From Chlorokybus atmophyticus (taxonomy: Eukaryota > Plantae > Mesostigma and Chlorokybus algae), in contig RHPI01000810.1 of assembly GCA_009103225.1 (NCBI GenBank), positions 496,001 to 560,000 of the forward strand: a stretch of 64,000 nt of DNA, read 5' to 3'. The number at the start of each line of letters is the position of its first letter. Positions within the stretch are counted from its first letter, which is position 1. Under the pieces are notes generated by a model. That model searched no databases. It saw only the letters and a list, made by a program, of their open reading frames with translations, and had not been told where the DNA came from. A program made the translations under genes and the position numbers. This document shows positions 23,601 to 36,506 of this stretch, piece after piece.

Positions 23601-26600
23601 CGCTTGCACAGGTCAGCCACCACACGAATTCAGGAGTTTTGCTTATGTGCAACTTAGTCGTACACCAAAAGGCCGGTAGCTCTGTTCTCCAAGTGATGCT
23701 GTTTGTCCTCTCAAACCCCTGACCTGTTGCTTGTTCTCGATGCAGGAAGGTTCTGACACTGCCAAGCACATGGCATCAGCAGTGTCGTCACTGCAACGAA
23801 GGGTTGAAGAGCTCGAGGGTCAGAGCAACGCTTTGATAAAAGCCAAGGCTGACGCGGAAGCTACATCGCGTGAAAGAGAAGCTGAGCTGCAGAACAAGGA
23901 AGCTGAGCTGCAAAAGTTCACTTCAGAGCTTGATGAACTGCGCGCACAGGTAACTGAGCGTCACGCCATTCTGATGATAACTGCATCAAGCTGCAGCTGA
24001 CGGCGCGGTTTACAGGCGGCAAACTTGGAGCACTCTGAGCAGGACTTGATTACCGAGAAACTCAAGCTGACAGGGCAGGTGCAAGATGCACAAAGCCGAC
24101 TCGCAGAGTGTCTTGCGCAGGTAAGACAGGATATAAATCTACTTATGTACCGAAAGGTAGTTTCACATGCTGAGCCGTGTTTGGGTTGCACATTGCAGAT
24201 AGCAGGGCTTGAGACAAAGGTAGAAGCACTCTCTTCTGAGAAGCATTCTCTTTCAGAGCAATTGCGATCTACCCAGGAGACCTCAATAGCCCTTGAATCT
24301 GAGGTATAGCATCCAGCATGATGCTGCTGACCGCCTTCTTGCTGACTGCCACTTGGTGTTCAAGGTTGCTGAAGCTCGAAGCACAGAAAGACAGCTGTCG
24401 CAACAGAATGCTGAGCTTGCTGGTGAAGCTGAATCTCTGCGTTCGCAAGTATGTATCGTAGCTCACATGGAGATTGGTCTTGATCTATGATACCATAAGT
24501 CCCCATGGGCAGGTTCTAAATAACCAGCCCCTGGGAACTCGACTGCAGGTCAACAGTAACACGCATCTTGCAGAAGAGCGCAACTCTGATGCCACGGTTA
24601 ACCAGTTGGAAACTGCCCTCAAGCATACCATGCTTGAGTTGCAGCATTTCCACCAGGTGCCCCCAAATTTCAACAAACACATGCCACCAATGCAATGCAT
24701 GAAACCATGTAACTGCAAGTGTGCATTCAACTAGCTGATCAGGTATGTGTGTAGATTTGTTCAACGTGTCCTGAACAAGTCTACACACAGTTCATTGTGA
24801 ACTGTTGCTCAACAATACATAGATGAGTACCCTTGCACGTATAGGAAGGTTCCCAGTTGGCTCGCGCACTACCTGCACTAGTACTCATGTGCTTCTTTGT
24901 CTTGTCTGGATTCAGGCCATGGCTGAGCGCGAAGCACTTGATACTGCTGTGCATGAAAAGTTGCAGCAAGCTGATGTGGTAAAGGCATCACTGGAAGCAC
25001 GTGTACAGGTACGCTTGTAGACCACCACTCAGCTTGATGAGTCAACTCTGGGCACACGCAGTACAACACTGGTTGCACTGCAGGAATTGACAGAGCAGCT
25101 GCAGCAGGCGTCCACGTCGTCTCGAGCTGTTTCTGACAATTTGCGTGATACCGCGGCTGCAGATAGCTCCAAGTTGTCTCAAGAAGTTGAAACCGCTCAA
25201 GCAGGGTATGGATACTTATGCGGCATATTTCGCCAAGTGCCCTAGCAGTCGCACATGACACGTTTCCCTTGTTTAGCGATTCGTCTTAGCGTTGCGTCTA
25301 GGGTTGACAATAGGTTGCCTGTCTTGGCTACCACAATGCAAACCCATTCCTCCAGGTGTCGTGAGTTGGAGAGGACTGTCAAGGCTTTGCAGGCTTCAAG
25401 CCACAATTATCTATCGCAAGCAGAACAGCACAAGAAGGCTGCAGCTCAACATGAGGCCACCATCGCACAGCTACAGAGCAGCATGGCGAAGCTGAAAGAG
25501 GAGTTGCGACAGAGCGCGCAGGAGCGCAACACTGTTGAAACGAACATTACAGGGCTTGCTCTGCAGTATGCGGAGGTGTGCTCCAAGATGGAGGCCCTGG
25601 AACAGCAGTGCAAGGATGCTGCGGTGACCAGAACCATGGAAGAGAAGGAGCACTCACAGTTGCTCACCGCAAAGGACACTGTCCTACGTGAGCTGCTTCA
25701 GTTCCTGGGCGATGTGGTGGATGCTGTCAATACTGAGGTTCGCAGGACGGCGATGACAGTCATGAAGTTGTCTCCCTCTCAACCACATCCTGGCTCAAAG
25801 CTGCTAGAATGGGGCTTGGACAAGTATGCAGAGCCAACAGAGGCTCAGCAAGCACTTGTTAGGTGGCGTGATGGTGTTGCAGCTGCGCTTGCAATCATGG
25901 AGAGCAAGATACAGGTCTGCCCCACATTACATCTGCCTCCAGCCACTTGTGAGGCAAACTGTAGTTGGGATGGTGTAGTGCAAAACTAAGTGGGCCACTG
26001 TATGCAGGCCTTGGGTGTTATGTTGGAAGATGCTGAAGCAGACAGGGAGTTGTTGTACGAGCTCAAGTCAGAGCGTGATGCCCGAAAACAAGTCACCAAT
26101 CGCACTGCTGAGTTGGAGTTGGATTCACCAAGTGCTCAAGTCCGGAGCCACTTTGTTGGCAATGGGCATAGCGGCTTATCATCAGTAAGTGCTCATGCAG
26201 TCGAGCTGCAACAGACGAGCTGAGCACATGTATCTTCGTGTTCTGGGCTTGTTGTCCGAATGTTGCACATTGCGCCGCGTAGCAGTGGTGCAACTGCGAA
26301 CTGATGTGTGGGGAGCATCTCAACCAACAATGTGTGCGTGTGTGCAACGCAGCCGGCTGGTAGTCCTCTCGTGCAGGCACCACCCAGCGTCATTGCCCTG
26401 CAGAAAAAGATAGACGACTTGACGCAGCAGCTTGGGTTGAGCAACGATGGCAAGCAGGCAGCTGTGGCACAGCTGCTTGAGGAGCAGCACAAACACCAGA
26501 CAGCACTTGGGCGCATGGAGGAGCAGCTGACTGCTGCCAAGGCTGCATACGACGAGCTGCAATCCAGGAAGGTGTGTACACATCAGCGCATAACATGTTG

Positions 26601-27527
26601 AGTTCAGTGCCTGATGATGACTGACGGCATGTGCAGGTTATGAGCAACAGGGACACAAGCGATGCCTCTCTGTCCCTGGCGGTGCAGCTGAAAGTTGCAC
26701 AAGATCTGAACATGGCATTGCAGTCGCAAGTTGAGGACAAACAGCGGCTCATTGCAGTGTATGAGATCGAGTTGGAGGCAGCCAGAGACGAGGTTGAACA
26801 GGCCCAGCGCGCAGCAAGCCATGAACTGCAGCAGGCACACGTGAGTTTTCAACATAGTTGCCTTTTGCTTGTCTCTTGTCATATACAGCAGTTGTCGCGT
26901 GCTGAACCCTGCATTGGTGCAACAGGACGCCCTGCAAACCGCGCAAGACCGCCTTCTTGCCTCGCAGTTGGAAGTTGTCACGGCAAAGACGTCCCTTAAT
27001 GACGTCGTGCAACGACTGCGCAGGAGCGAAGCGACCATCGTAGTGCTGCAGGTATGTCAGACCATGCTGGCCAAATGCTTCATTCACTCATTATTTAATA
27101 CATCTGGTGCAATTGAGCACAGAGTACATCTGACGCATGCATCTCATGTTGGCCCGGCACATTCTTACAGCAAGAGATTGCTGCACTGCAAGCTGCTGAA
27201 GTGAGGGCGAAAGATGCATTGGCGGCCCAACAGCAGCTGGACTTTTTCCTTAATCGGCAGTTGCGCGACATTGAGGTTGAGGCAGAACAGAACGCTGCTC
27301 AGCTACAGAAAGAGCAGCAAGCCAGGGCAGCTGTTGAACGCAGGCTGATAATCGTGCAGAAAGAGTTGGAGTTGTTCAGGTATGTCACCAATCTGCCCCA
27401 ATCATTAGTGCTGTTTATTCATGATGTCTTCTGGTGTGGATTGCGCAGTATTGCTGCATGTGCTCTTGGTTGCATTGGACTGGCATACTCATTGGTGGTA
27501 TACATACGCAGGGCAAGCAAGAGGTGA
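20672..27527 (+). CDS. Large coiled-coil protein of unknown function (roughly 1000+ aa, more than 20 exons); start codon uncertain
   Basis: A chain of in-phase GT-AG exons encodes E/Q/L/A-rich heptads (e.g. NARLRATNLELQHK, ELEAQLQQMR, LEDERNELQHQLLALQQQL, ELERTVKALQ) and ends ..LELFR|ASKR*. The start could be 20672 (MQPGRD, spliced in phase 0) or about 21227 (MDAAAL). Confidence 0.7.
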
Positions 27528-27926
27528 CCACTGCTGGGCATTTTTGTAATCGAAGTATGAACCTTGAGGTTTGCTAGACAATAGAAGCCACTGTAATCTA
27601 GTACGACAAGTGTAACCAGTCACCAATGAAGCATGTAGACTAACTTGCAGAGGTCGTGTTGTGTGCTGTCTGGAAACTACCATCTCCACAGCGGGTGTCC
27701 TCATCATGCATTTAACTAGCAAATAGCTATTCCACTCTACCCATGCTCTGTACATAGTCTCTGCAAAAACCGCTCATGACAATGCAAGCCTGCTAGCAAA
27801 ATAAGCCACATTGCCTGTAGTCTGCTGTGCACCAACGAATGCGATGTACGCTTACGGCGCCATGATGTCTTAGAGAGCATAACTTCGCAAATGACCTGGT
27901 GGTGGAATGCGAAGAGCCCATAATGC

Positions 27927-28562
27927 TCAGTACCCGGGCTTGCCACGTTCTTGAAGAATGCTCTCATCCTCGGCACCCCCCATTGCCTGCGCCCGTGCAC
28001 GCTCCACATAGTCGCCCATTGTCTCCACATACCGAGACTCGCTCTCCTGTCCAAACAGAATGCGACCGCTCGGGCTCTGCACCGGCTGCGGGTTGAACAT
28101 CCTGTCCTCCTGGCCTCGCTGATGACATGACAAGCGTTCAGTAAGTATTTACCCTAAATAGAGCGGGCACTTGTGGCATTGTCGTAATGGGCAAGGATGT
28201 CCACTTGTGCACTGTCACTGCTGCATATGCAGCAGCGACATATGGCAGTGCACTGCTGCATATGAAACGCAGCACTGCAATGCCTTGCAGTTGTTGCACT
28301 TGGATACGAACACGATCCATTCGCTTGGTGTGCTCAAGTATCCATGCATAGCCAATACCATGGCTAATGCTAACGGGAAGGTGCGGATTACAGGGTTTGA
28401 GATTAACCCCACCTGCTGCTGGGCGCCTGCAGCCTCGTCGGCGTTCGCACTGCGCCCTCCCTTTCCGGCGCCCTGACCGCCTCCGGACGTGCGCAGGGGC
28501 GGCAGCTGCTCCGCCAGGAGGGGATCCCCGTGCGGGCCCTTCGTGGGCTCCCTCCTCTCCAT
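27927..28562 (-). CDS. Short hypothetical protein; exon structure unresolved
   Basis: Protein-like exon segments MERREPTKGPHGDPLLAEQLPP..QQQ|gt and RGQEDRMFNPQPVQSPSGRILFGQESESRYVETMGDYVERARAQAMGG..KPGY*. No family recognised, and alternative frames also splice. Confidence 0.3.
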
Positions 28563-29130
28563 ACCAGTCACACCCACACGCCACCACCTCTCTTCTCCAA
28601 GCACACCGACCAGACTCTCCTCTTGTCTACCACCTGACCTCGCACGACAGCATTGTTGCACCGGTATGGGGGGGGTGCTCCACTAACACCGACACTGCCT
28701 GCTGTTCTGGCACTCACCTCACCACAACTTAGACAAGCAGCCTGAACCCCTTCCGTCCTCGTCCCTCTCGACCTCCTTGTCTTGATCGTCCGCGGCCTTG
28801 TCGCCGGCCGCGTGCACAGCAATGCATGAATGGACAGAGGTTGCCACTGTGGCAGGAGTCACGGCAGTTGGGGTTGTCAGAGAAGCTGATGTGGCACTGC
28901 CACAGTGGCAGCGCGGGATACGCCACATCTGTGCAGAACATGATGCTGCATTGTACAAGACGCTCTTACATCGGAGGAGGTTTTCATATAGGCATGCTTC
29001 TGGCGCTGCGGTGCGATCGCCGTTAAATGGCCAGGCGTCATGCCAAAAAGTAATACGTATAAATGTCTGTTGTAGCCGCGCCAGTACACTACGGGTAGCA
29101 GCCCTGTCGGACAGTGTCAGGGAGGGCAGC

Positions 29131-31309
29131 ATGGCGCCGCTGCTGGCGGTGGCGCTCTTGCCGCCGCCGGCGGCGGCAGCGACGCGGTCGCGCTGCAGGC
29201 CTCCTCACTTTGGTGGCGTTAGTAGTCGCACAGCACTTCCATGCCGCCGCCTCCCTGCCCACTGCCGAGCCGGAGGCGGCAGCGGTGGCAATGAGGCGGA
29301 CGACCTGGATGTTGCGGTGTTCAGGTTCACACTGGGTAAGGGACTGAACTTGTGTGACTGAACCAGTACGATGGGTGGACAACCAGAGTTGAACATCAAC
29401 AGGTGTATTCCGACAGTTGACACATTCTCAAAACTTTCATGCATGAGACTTAGTAACAGTGCACTCTGACCTCGCATGGGAAGGAGTGTGAGGATGTAGG
29501 AGTACTTCATAAATGAATGAATGAGCGATCGAACGTACGATCGGCACAGCATTGATGAGGGAATTGGAGTTCCTATTATGCATGTTTGCACGGAGGGACA
29601 AAAGATTGGTTGACTGAGTGAACACATGAAGGACCGCATGCATACATGCGTGCACGCAATCCTGGATCGCATGGTCGTTATGTAAGCAATTGAACTATAA
29701 AGGTTCAATTCAAGCACAAGTGCATCCAAGGAACCTATTGGAACCCTGTGCACAGGCATTCCCGGATTTGAGGATCGGTACATCCCTCGCGTTGTGGGTA
29801 TTGGCGTTGCTGCGCTGCTGGCTGCCAACCACTTGGCCACCGAGGATCCGACGACTGGCCAGACGGTCCGGACCCTGCACAGCACGCATGCACACGCATG
29901 GCATGCATTGGTTGTCACTGTTGCACGTTCTGTTGCTCACCCGCATTTATATGCTGCCAACACTAGTTTGCGTGCAAAGTTCCAATGAGTGTGTACGAGC
30001 GTGTATTTCCTGCTCAGATCTCTGAGCTTGTTGGTGGCGTGTTGTCGGTCTGCGCCATAGCTGCGCCATATGTCAGCCAAAGACTGCAGGTAACATAGTT
30101 TGTTCTCTCTTGTCTGATGATACATTGTGTTTTGCTTTGCAGTAAGCATGTTGTCTGGTTGCCTCCTCTGCCAGGATGCTGCCAGAGGAGGGAGGTCCAG
30201 CGTGTCCAATCCACTGCCAAGAGCGTCGAACATCTTCCGGTTCAGCGAAGGTCTGCCCGACAGCGCAAAGCAGGAGCTGGCGTGGGCTACCTTTGCGCTG
30301 CTCAAAAACTGCGAGTGCCGGGGAGCGGTAAGCAACAATTGTTCAACTTTCTGTGCCTGCAGTATGTGTGTGTGATAGAGGCGGNNNNNNNNNNNNNNNN
30401 NNNNNNNNNNNNNNNNNNNNNNNNNNNNNNNNNNNNNNNNNNNNNNNNNNNNNNNNNNNNNNNNNNNNNNNNNNNNNNNNNNNNNNNNNNNNNNNNNNNN
30501 NNNNNNNNNNNNNNNNNNNNNNNNNNNNNNNNNNNNNNNNNNNNNNNNNNNNNNNNNNNNAACAGCAGAGGGGGGGGGGCGGGCGTGTGTGCGCGTGTGC
30601 CCCGCATGGGTGTGTGCATATCTGCGCGCGTGTGGGCATGTGCGTGTGCGGGCTCGTCTGCAGACACGCGTGTCGCTGCACGCGCGCGTGCCTGTACCTG
30701 TCGCGCAGGCTTGCGTGCGTGTTGTGCTTGTGCAACAACTCGCGCATGTTTGTTTGCGGGATACCAAGGTAGTTATTGCAGTGTAGCCTACGCAATTGTA
30801 TGCAACTGTACGCATTGCGTGCATGCCTCAAGATCACGTTAACATCGGCCACCATGCGTGCATTGCTGCACAATACTTGCACTGGCGTGCAGTACTTATG
30901 GCGATCAAGGGACGTATGGTGTCTTCGGGGAGAGTTTGCCCTGAACGTGAAGCAAGCCGGGACCGAAGACTTCATACTGCAATGTCTGGGCAACACCGCA
31001 ACACAATGGCTTCCGGACGGAAGCGCCGTCGACGCTGCCGGTATGTGTGCGTTGGCCTTGGCAACATGACCATGTAACCTTACCATCCTGACAGTGTGTG
31101 TCATTGCAATTGCAGGTGTGTTGCAAGCGAGTTTGCTGCCTGACAGCACAAGTTCTGTGTTCATCACTGCCATTGAGAGGGGGGAAGGGTTCCTCATGAT
31201 GTTCTCTGAGCGACCGCGAGCGCTATCCTCTCGGGATCGGGCTTGGGTGGAGTCCATTGCACGCAAGCTGTCCAGCAGCATACCAACGCCAGCACGGCAG
31301 ACAAAGTAG
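29131..31309 (+). CDS. CCB2: Cofactor assembly of complex C subunit B, CCB2 (heme ci attachment to cytochrome b6), chloroplast; spans an assembly gap
   Basis: Transit peptide, then LDVAVFRFTLG|IPGFEDRYIPRVVG..LLAANH..ISELVG..AAPY..KQELAWATFALLKN..RALSSRDRAWVESIARKL*. This is the CCB2/CCB4 family signature; FRFTLGIPG is CCB2-type. Confidence 0.88.
30385..30560. other. Assembly gap (176 N) inside a CCB2 intron
   Basis: Run of N flanked by G-rich and (TG)n sequence. Confidence 0.99.
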
Positions 31310-31979
31310 CACAGATGCACGCATGCATCAGTGATGCTTGTGCATACATATTGTCGCATCCGTGCACATGCACTCACTCACGCACACACAACGTGTCTGC
31401 AGGCGTCCGCTAATGCCCGCAGCTACATCATGATGTCGCATCAGGCCCCTTTGATAACCCTGTTTGAGTGCCATTGCTCCGTTGTAGTGAGCACGTGAGT
31501 GCACGTTGCATGTTGCAAGCACGAGCAAGTGGCATGCATGGCACAGCTATCCCCGTCTATGACATGTACACATCAGCATTGGCTGTCAGCGCTGCCACCA
31601 TGCCTTACACACAGCACTTTACATCTCTTGTTTACGCTGCACTACACATCACATCCACGGGTACTACTACTACTCATTCTGCGCTGCTGTTGTATGTCTA
31701 TTAATCAGCTGCTTATGCAAGACCTCCGGCTGCCTCCGTCGTCGAGGAACCGTGCGCCACCGAAGTTTAGCCTTGCATCGCCGCCACCGCTGCTGCTCCG
31801 CGCTCCATGATCGCCTTAGCTTGTAGCATGTGTGCGTCGCAGTGTGTAGGCTACACAATGACGAGCGAGACCCATGAACCCCCTTAAAGCGTCACTGCTC
31901 AACCCCAGGCACCGTCATGATGTGGCATGGGACATGGTGAATGTCCACCCCCCAGCATTCCGTGTGTCTCCATCGCCAC

Positions 31980-32340
31980 CGGGCTGGAGGCACAACTTGC
32001 ATACCAGCATCATACGCAATGCTTTGAGCAAGGTAGGGTTGGGCATTGCTCTTGGTGGCACTAAGGTTGATGAACTTCTTGAGCTCGAGGACTTGGAGAT
32101 GATGATGAACTCGTTCCCATTGAAGACCTTCCCCTTGACGAGCTGCTTGAAATGAAGAGCAGCATGCAATCAGAGCACCGCGCTCTACCAAGGTTGATGC
32201 TAATGATGTTCATAGTAATAGCATTAGCATTGTTGTGCAGGACAACATCATCATCTCCAATGATGATGAGTGGCTTGAGGTAGCTGGGAATAACCAAATG
32301 CTTGTTAATTTGTATGTTGCCAACCAACTTGCAAGCTAGC
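31980..32340 (+). pseudogene. Frameshifted acidic ORF relic of unknown origin
   Basis: KVDELLELEDL (frameshift) DDDELVPIEDLPLDELLEMK..RAL (frameshift) KVDANDVHSNSISIVVQDNIIISNDDEWLEV. Protein-like text continues only by switching frame twice. Confidence 0.3.
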
Positions 32341-33271
32341 GTTGTGTGTATGATGATATCCCATACAACATGCTTGCTTGTACACTCTCTTAGCACCTCA
32401 CGCTGGCCTGCACATCCAAACAACCCGGCGCAGCAGTGAATGGGGGCGAAGCATTGCAAGCATGATGACCACGCGCCGGAAAACGCTTTCTACCCGCATC
32501 TGCCAGTAGCGCGTGGCAAATGCCTTGCATTAGGCACATGCGATGGCGATGTTAGAGCGGCGGCTATAGCAGTGGTGTCAAGAATGAGGTCCGATGGCCC
32601 CAGGCCCTCTCAACAATTGAGGCGAAAGCTGCGTAGCGTAATAACGTGCACATGTGGGTCTATAGATGTGTGCAAATAGGCATGGTGCAGCATTGACAGC
32701 CAACACGTACGTGTCCATGATACTTGAGGTTGGATGGGGAGCGGAGAGGGGGGGTATTAGAATATATGGCGAACCGTCATAATCACGTGCCACGTGCTTG
32801 AACTGCATCCACAGTGTGCGTTTTTAATCAAATAAACATCTCTTTATAGCGATGCACCGTTATCTATGCACACAAACACGCAATCATCAAAAGCACCCCC
32901 GTTGATCAATATGCTTTTGAAATAGCAATGTGAGTCACGTTTACATATAAGACTCTCATAATTTCATTGATGGTTTGAAGCTATGCGTGAACACTGTGAT
33001 ATCGGTAGTGGTGCGAACGTTGTTATGTGGGGCAAAACCAAAATCATTCTCTCTTTTGTGCATAAGTGGATGTACATTTGAAGACACGGTAGTACTGTGA
33101 CGGTACATCGTCGTGTGATGATTGCGTCAGCACGGATCCCTGTGTGCTGTGGGGAGAGTGAGGTTGTTAGCTGCAGCGTAGCCGACGTCGCTACGGGTGA
33201 CGGCGGCGACAGGGGCTCCAGCTGTGGAAGTGCTCGGGGAGAGTGGAGATCTTGGGGGATAGGGATCAATC

Positions 33272-35705
33272 ATGACATCACAGCAGGCGCCGCCGCCTTA
33301 TACTGCCAGCGCACCATCGCCCCCAGCCTACTCCATGACGCAGAAGCCTCTGCCGCCATCAACGACTGCCGCGATCAAGCCGCCAATGGTCACGACGACC
33401 TCAGCGACTTCCGTCGCCATGCCGCCGCCCGGAGAAACACTCAGAAGCCTGCTCAAGCCCCACCACTACACGTAAGACTGCAAAGCAGCATGCTGACCAT
33501 GCATGCGCCTGCTGTTGGGTGTGGAGGCGACCGTTAGGGTTTAGCTTCTGTGTGTGATACTTGTGTGTGTTGCATGCAACATGCACGGTTGGTCTTGGAC
33601 AGGCTCCAGTCGGACGCCCTGTCAGTGTGCAAATTTAATGAAGTACTAATGAAGTGTGTATTAAACACTGTGTTGCTTCTTGCTGCTGGGTACTTCGCGT
33701 GTACGCTTTGTTTTCATTCACTTCACATCTGGCGCAAGCGCTGTTGGCCTTGTGATGGATAGTATGCAAGAAGCGTTGCTGCTTCAGCAGCGTTTGGCTG
33801 CTGGACAATATGAACAGAGCGAAGTGCATGTCTGGCTCATTGTCTAACAGCCTTCGTGTATGTCAGCATTAGATTAGTTGTATTTCATGTATGCAGGTTG
33901 TCAGGGATCCACTGACTGGAGTTGGTTGCCTCTGTCATCCGTTACGATGCCGGCAATACAAACTAGGTTGCACGATGGCACATGCGCACTAAGATACACA
34001 TGTTGTGTGCACACACGCAACTGAGCGACCCAGCACGCACACGTTCACACCTATGCACATCAATCAGCACACGCACGAGCAAAGTCATTGCAACACAGCT
34101 TGACGTACGTGCAGCTGTAGTATGTATACTGCTGCTGGTGTTACCACTTGGCTGGTGCCAATTGTCACTCGCTGTTGGCACAACAGGCTTGCGGAGCGCG
34201 TGTTCTACGGGATCCACGCCCTGGTGTTTGCCCTGTACCTGGTGCACTTTGCGGCTGTTGGCATCAGTAGCAACGGGGAGGTTCAGGAACAGACGAGCGC
34301 GTTTACACGGTTGGCTTTCCTGCTCCTTTCACTTGCCAACGCCTTCTCCGCCTTGACGACATACAAGTCCAGGCCCTTCTTTCATGCATTAGCTGCTGGG
34401 ACACTAGCGGTACTACACATGCACACCAATTTGAGTAAACAAGTATGCATGTGTGTATGAATGGCATGCACACAAGTGACATGGATGACATGGGCACAAT
34501 GCATGCATCCCAACTTTCAACCTGTGCAGGCTGATGTACTGGTGTCCTGGGCGATAACACTGCATGCCTTGTTCATCAACTCGAGCGAGTTGGCGCCGGG
34601 AGGCTCGCTCGCACTCGACCAATTCACACGGTTTCCGGTGCAGGTGCGCGTGTTTTGCATTGGGTAGTGTTGATAGTGGCGGCATGTTGTGCTCATGGAG
34701 GTCCAATCAAGCAGCAGCACTGACATACAGTCCCATCGTGTGTGTATGCATGACGCATGGTACATTGCAGTCAAGCCTTTCACCATCGGCTCACATGCGT
34801 GTATGTTGCGCGTGTCAGCCCTGGCTGTGGGTGTTGGTGGCGCTGCTATCGGAAGTCAAGGTGCTGTCGGTCTTTGCTGGCTCGCGTGTTCTGGAGCATG
34901 CTTACTTCAGACATGATGCAGCGCTGCACGTACTGCTGACAATTCAGGCAAGTACTTTGCCCGCCCAGCTCACTACATCAAGGTCTTATGTGCCTTATGT
35001 GCCGGATGTCATCATGCATGTATGTCTGCAGGGCCTTTTCCTGGCTGGCGTGCTCGTGCATGCTGAGGTGGAGAAGGGCTATCACTTTCCCAAACTGGCA
35101 ATACTGGTTCTCAGCCAGCTCAACTTCCTTGCCTTCCTCCTTTTCCAGCGCCTGAAGCCCCTCATCATGGTGAGTGGCATCAACCGGGGGGCTCGCGTAT
35201 TGCAGTGCATGCGAATTGCACAGGTCAGGACACTGACCGCTGGGTTGTCCAGGCCAACGCGCTGTTATCGGCATTTGTTGTGCTGGGAGAAATAAGGTCA
35301 GTGTTTTATACCGCGCTTGCAGTGTCTGTGATTTTGCTCGTTCTTTCAGACATATTCTGATATCTGTGCTTTGTAGGGTGCTTCCTGGCTACCGTTCGCA
35401 GTTGTTTGCTTTCCCGCAACCGACCCCCACATTTCCAGTACGTTGTGCTGTTGCTCTGCTTATGCTGCATGGGCTTAATTAGTGTATGATGTTGTTGCTT
35501 TGATGTCTGCTCGTCCAGCCTTACTTTCTTGCACTTGTATGTCCTTCTCCACTGAATATCTGGACAATGTGCTTGCTTGCAGGTTTGGTTTCTTCTGATG
35601 ACGATGTGGCTATTTGTCTACCGCTACGGGCACATTCTGTCGACGGAGTTCTCACACCCAAACCCTGAAGTGCATAGCAAAGAGGGCAGGAAGAAACTTG
35701 CCTAG
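33272..35705 (+). CDS. Unknown multi-pass membrane protein with Pro/Thr-rich N-terminus and C-terminal KKxx ER-retrieval signal
   Basis: In-phase exons encode hydrophobic segments (VFYGIHALVFALYLVHFAAV; LAFLLLSLANAFSAL; WLWVLVALLSEV; GLFLAGVLVH; LAILVLSQLNFLAFLLF; VWFLLMTMWLFVYRYG) and end ..EGRKKLA*. Exons 2-3 are uncertain. Confidence 0.65.
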
Positions 35706-36506
35706 GCCAAGACCGTGGTCCGACACTCCGAAAGCTGCTTAGGCTTAACAACTGGTGCTGTTTGCTCTGTAGATATGGCATGTACAGTTAGTTTATGGTT
35801 AGAGTTCACAGTGATTGTTGCAGCGACTGATCATGTCATCTTGAGCTGTGTTGAAGGCTTTGCTGACTGTGACAACTTCAGCATCTGTAGAGGGAAAGAG
35901 AGTGGTGTGGCGACCTACACAATGCTGCATACATCCTGTTGCCATGAATGGACGGCCATCCATTGGCACAGCATTGGCATGAGGATCCCTTGAAGACAGG
36001 AAAAAGCAAGTACGTGCGTCTGTCATGACAGTAACAGCACCCTCTGCATGCCATGTAGCAACAGTACTAGCAGTGCAATCGCATGTGAACGCCCTAGCCT
36101 TCTATATGTTGATAGACAAGCACCAATCCACAGGAATGCTGCCCTAGTAACACTGTTAGCTCTCATACAAGAACACAAACTGAGATGCAGCAAAAGAAAT
36201 AGCGTCCTCTATCCAGTGCAACTAACTCTACACAATCAGATCAATATGAGTCCAACCCCAAACTGCAGGTATACTGGCCACAGCAAAATGGTGCAACAAT
36301 AGCGACACAATAGAGGGTAGGGGAGTCGCATCTTTAATTCTGACGGACTTGTAGTGTGCGAACTGCCCGCCCAACCCTCGAAGTGTGTGGTTCTCTCATC
36401 ATCCGTTACTACTTGTTGCTGAGCACCTGTTTGTGTGCAGCACCAACAGGCTGAACCGTATGTATGCTGGTGCTCATATAGAGCCCAAACCAGTTGAAAA
36501 ACATCC

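Noticed and set aside
27528-27620. TGTAA cluster as a chlorophyte-type polyadenylation signal
   Set aside because: Present three times here and after BRF1, but not evident close behind HRQ1 or MIP3. Too short and inconsistent to call without 3'-end data.
28714-28722. Selenocysteine or read-through at the TGA just before a splice donor (..KLW*G|G..)
   Set aside because: No redox motif, no recognisable selenoprotein family and no SECIS identified; a 5' leader explains it more simply.
28729-28941. CCCH zinc-finger-like CHSGNLCPFMH in a minus-strand ORF
   Set aside because: The first Cys is not at canonical spacing, the ORF is short and closed, and Cys/His codons are abundant by chance in this TGC/CAT-rich DNA.
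29937-31377. Long ORFs spanning the N run
   Set aside because: Artefacts of translating through the assembly gap and RY-rich intron sequence.
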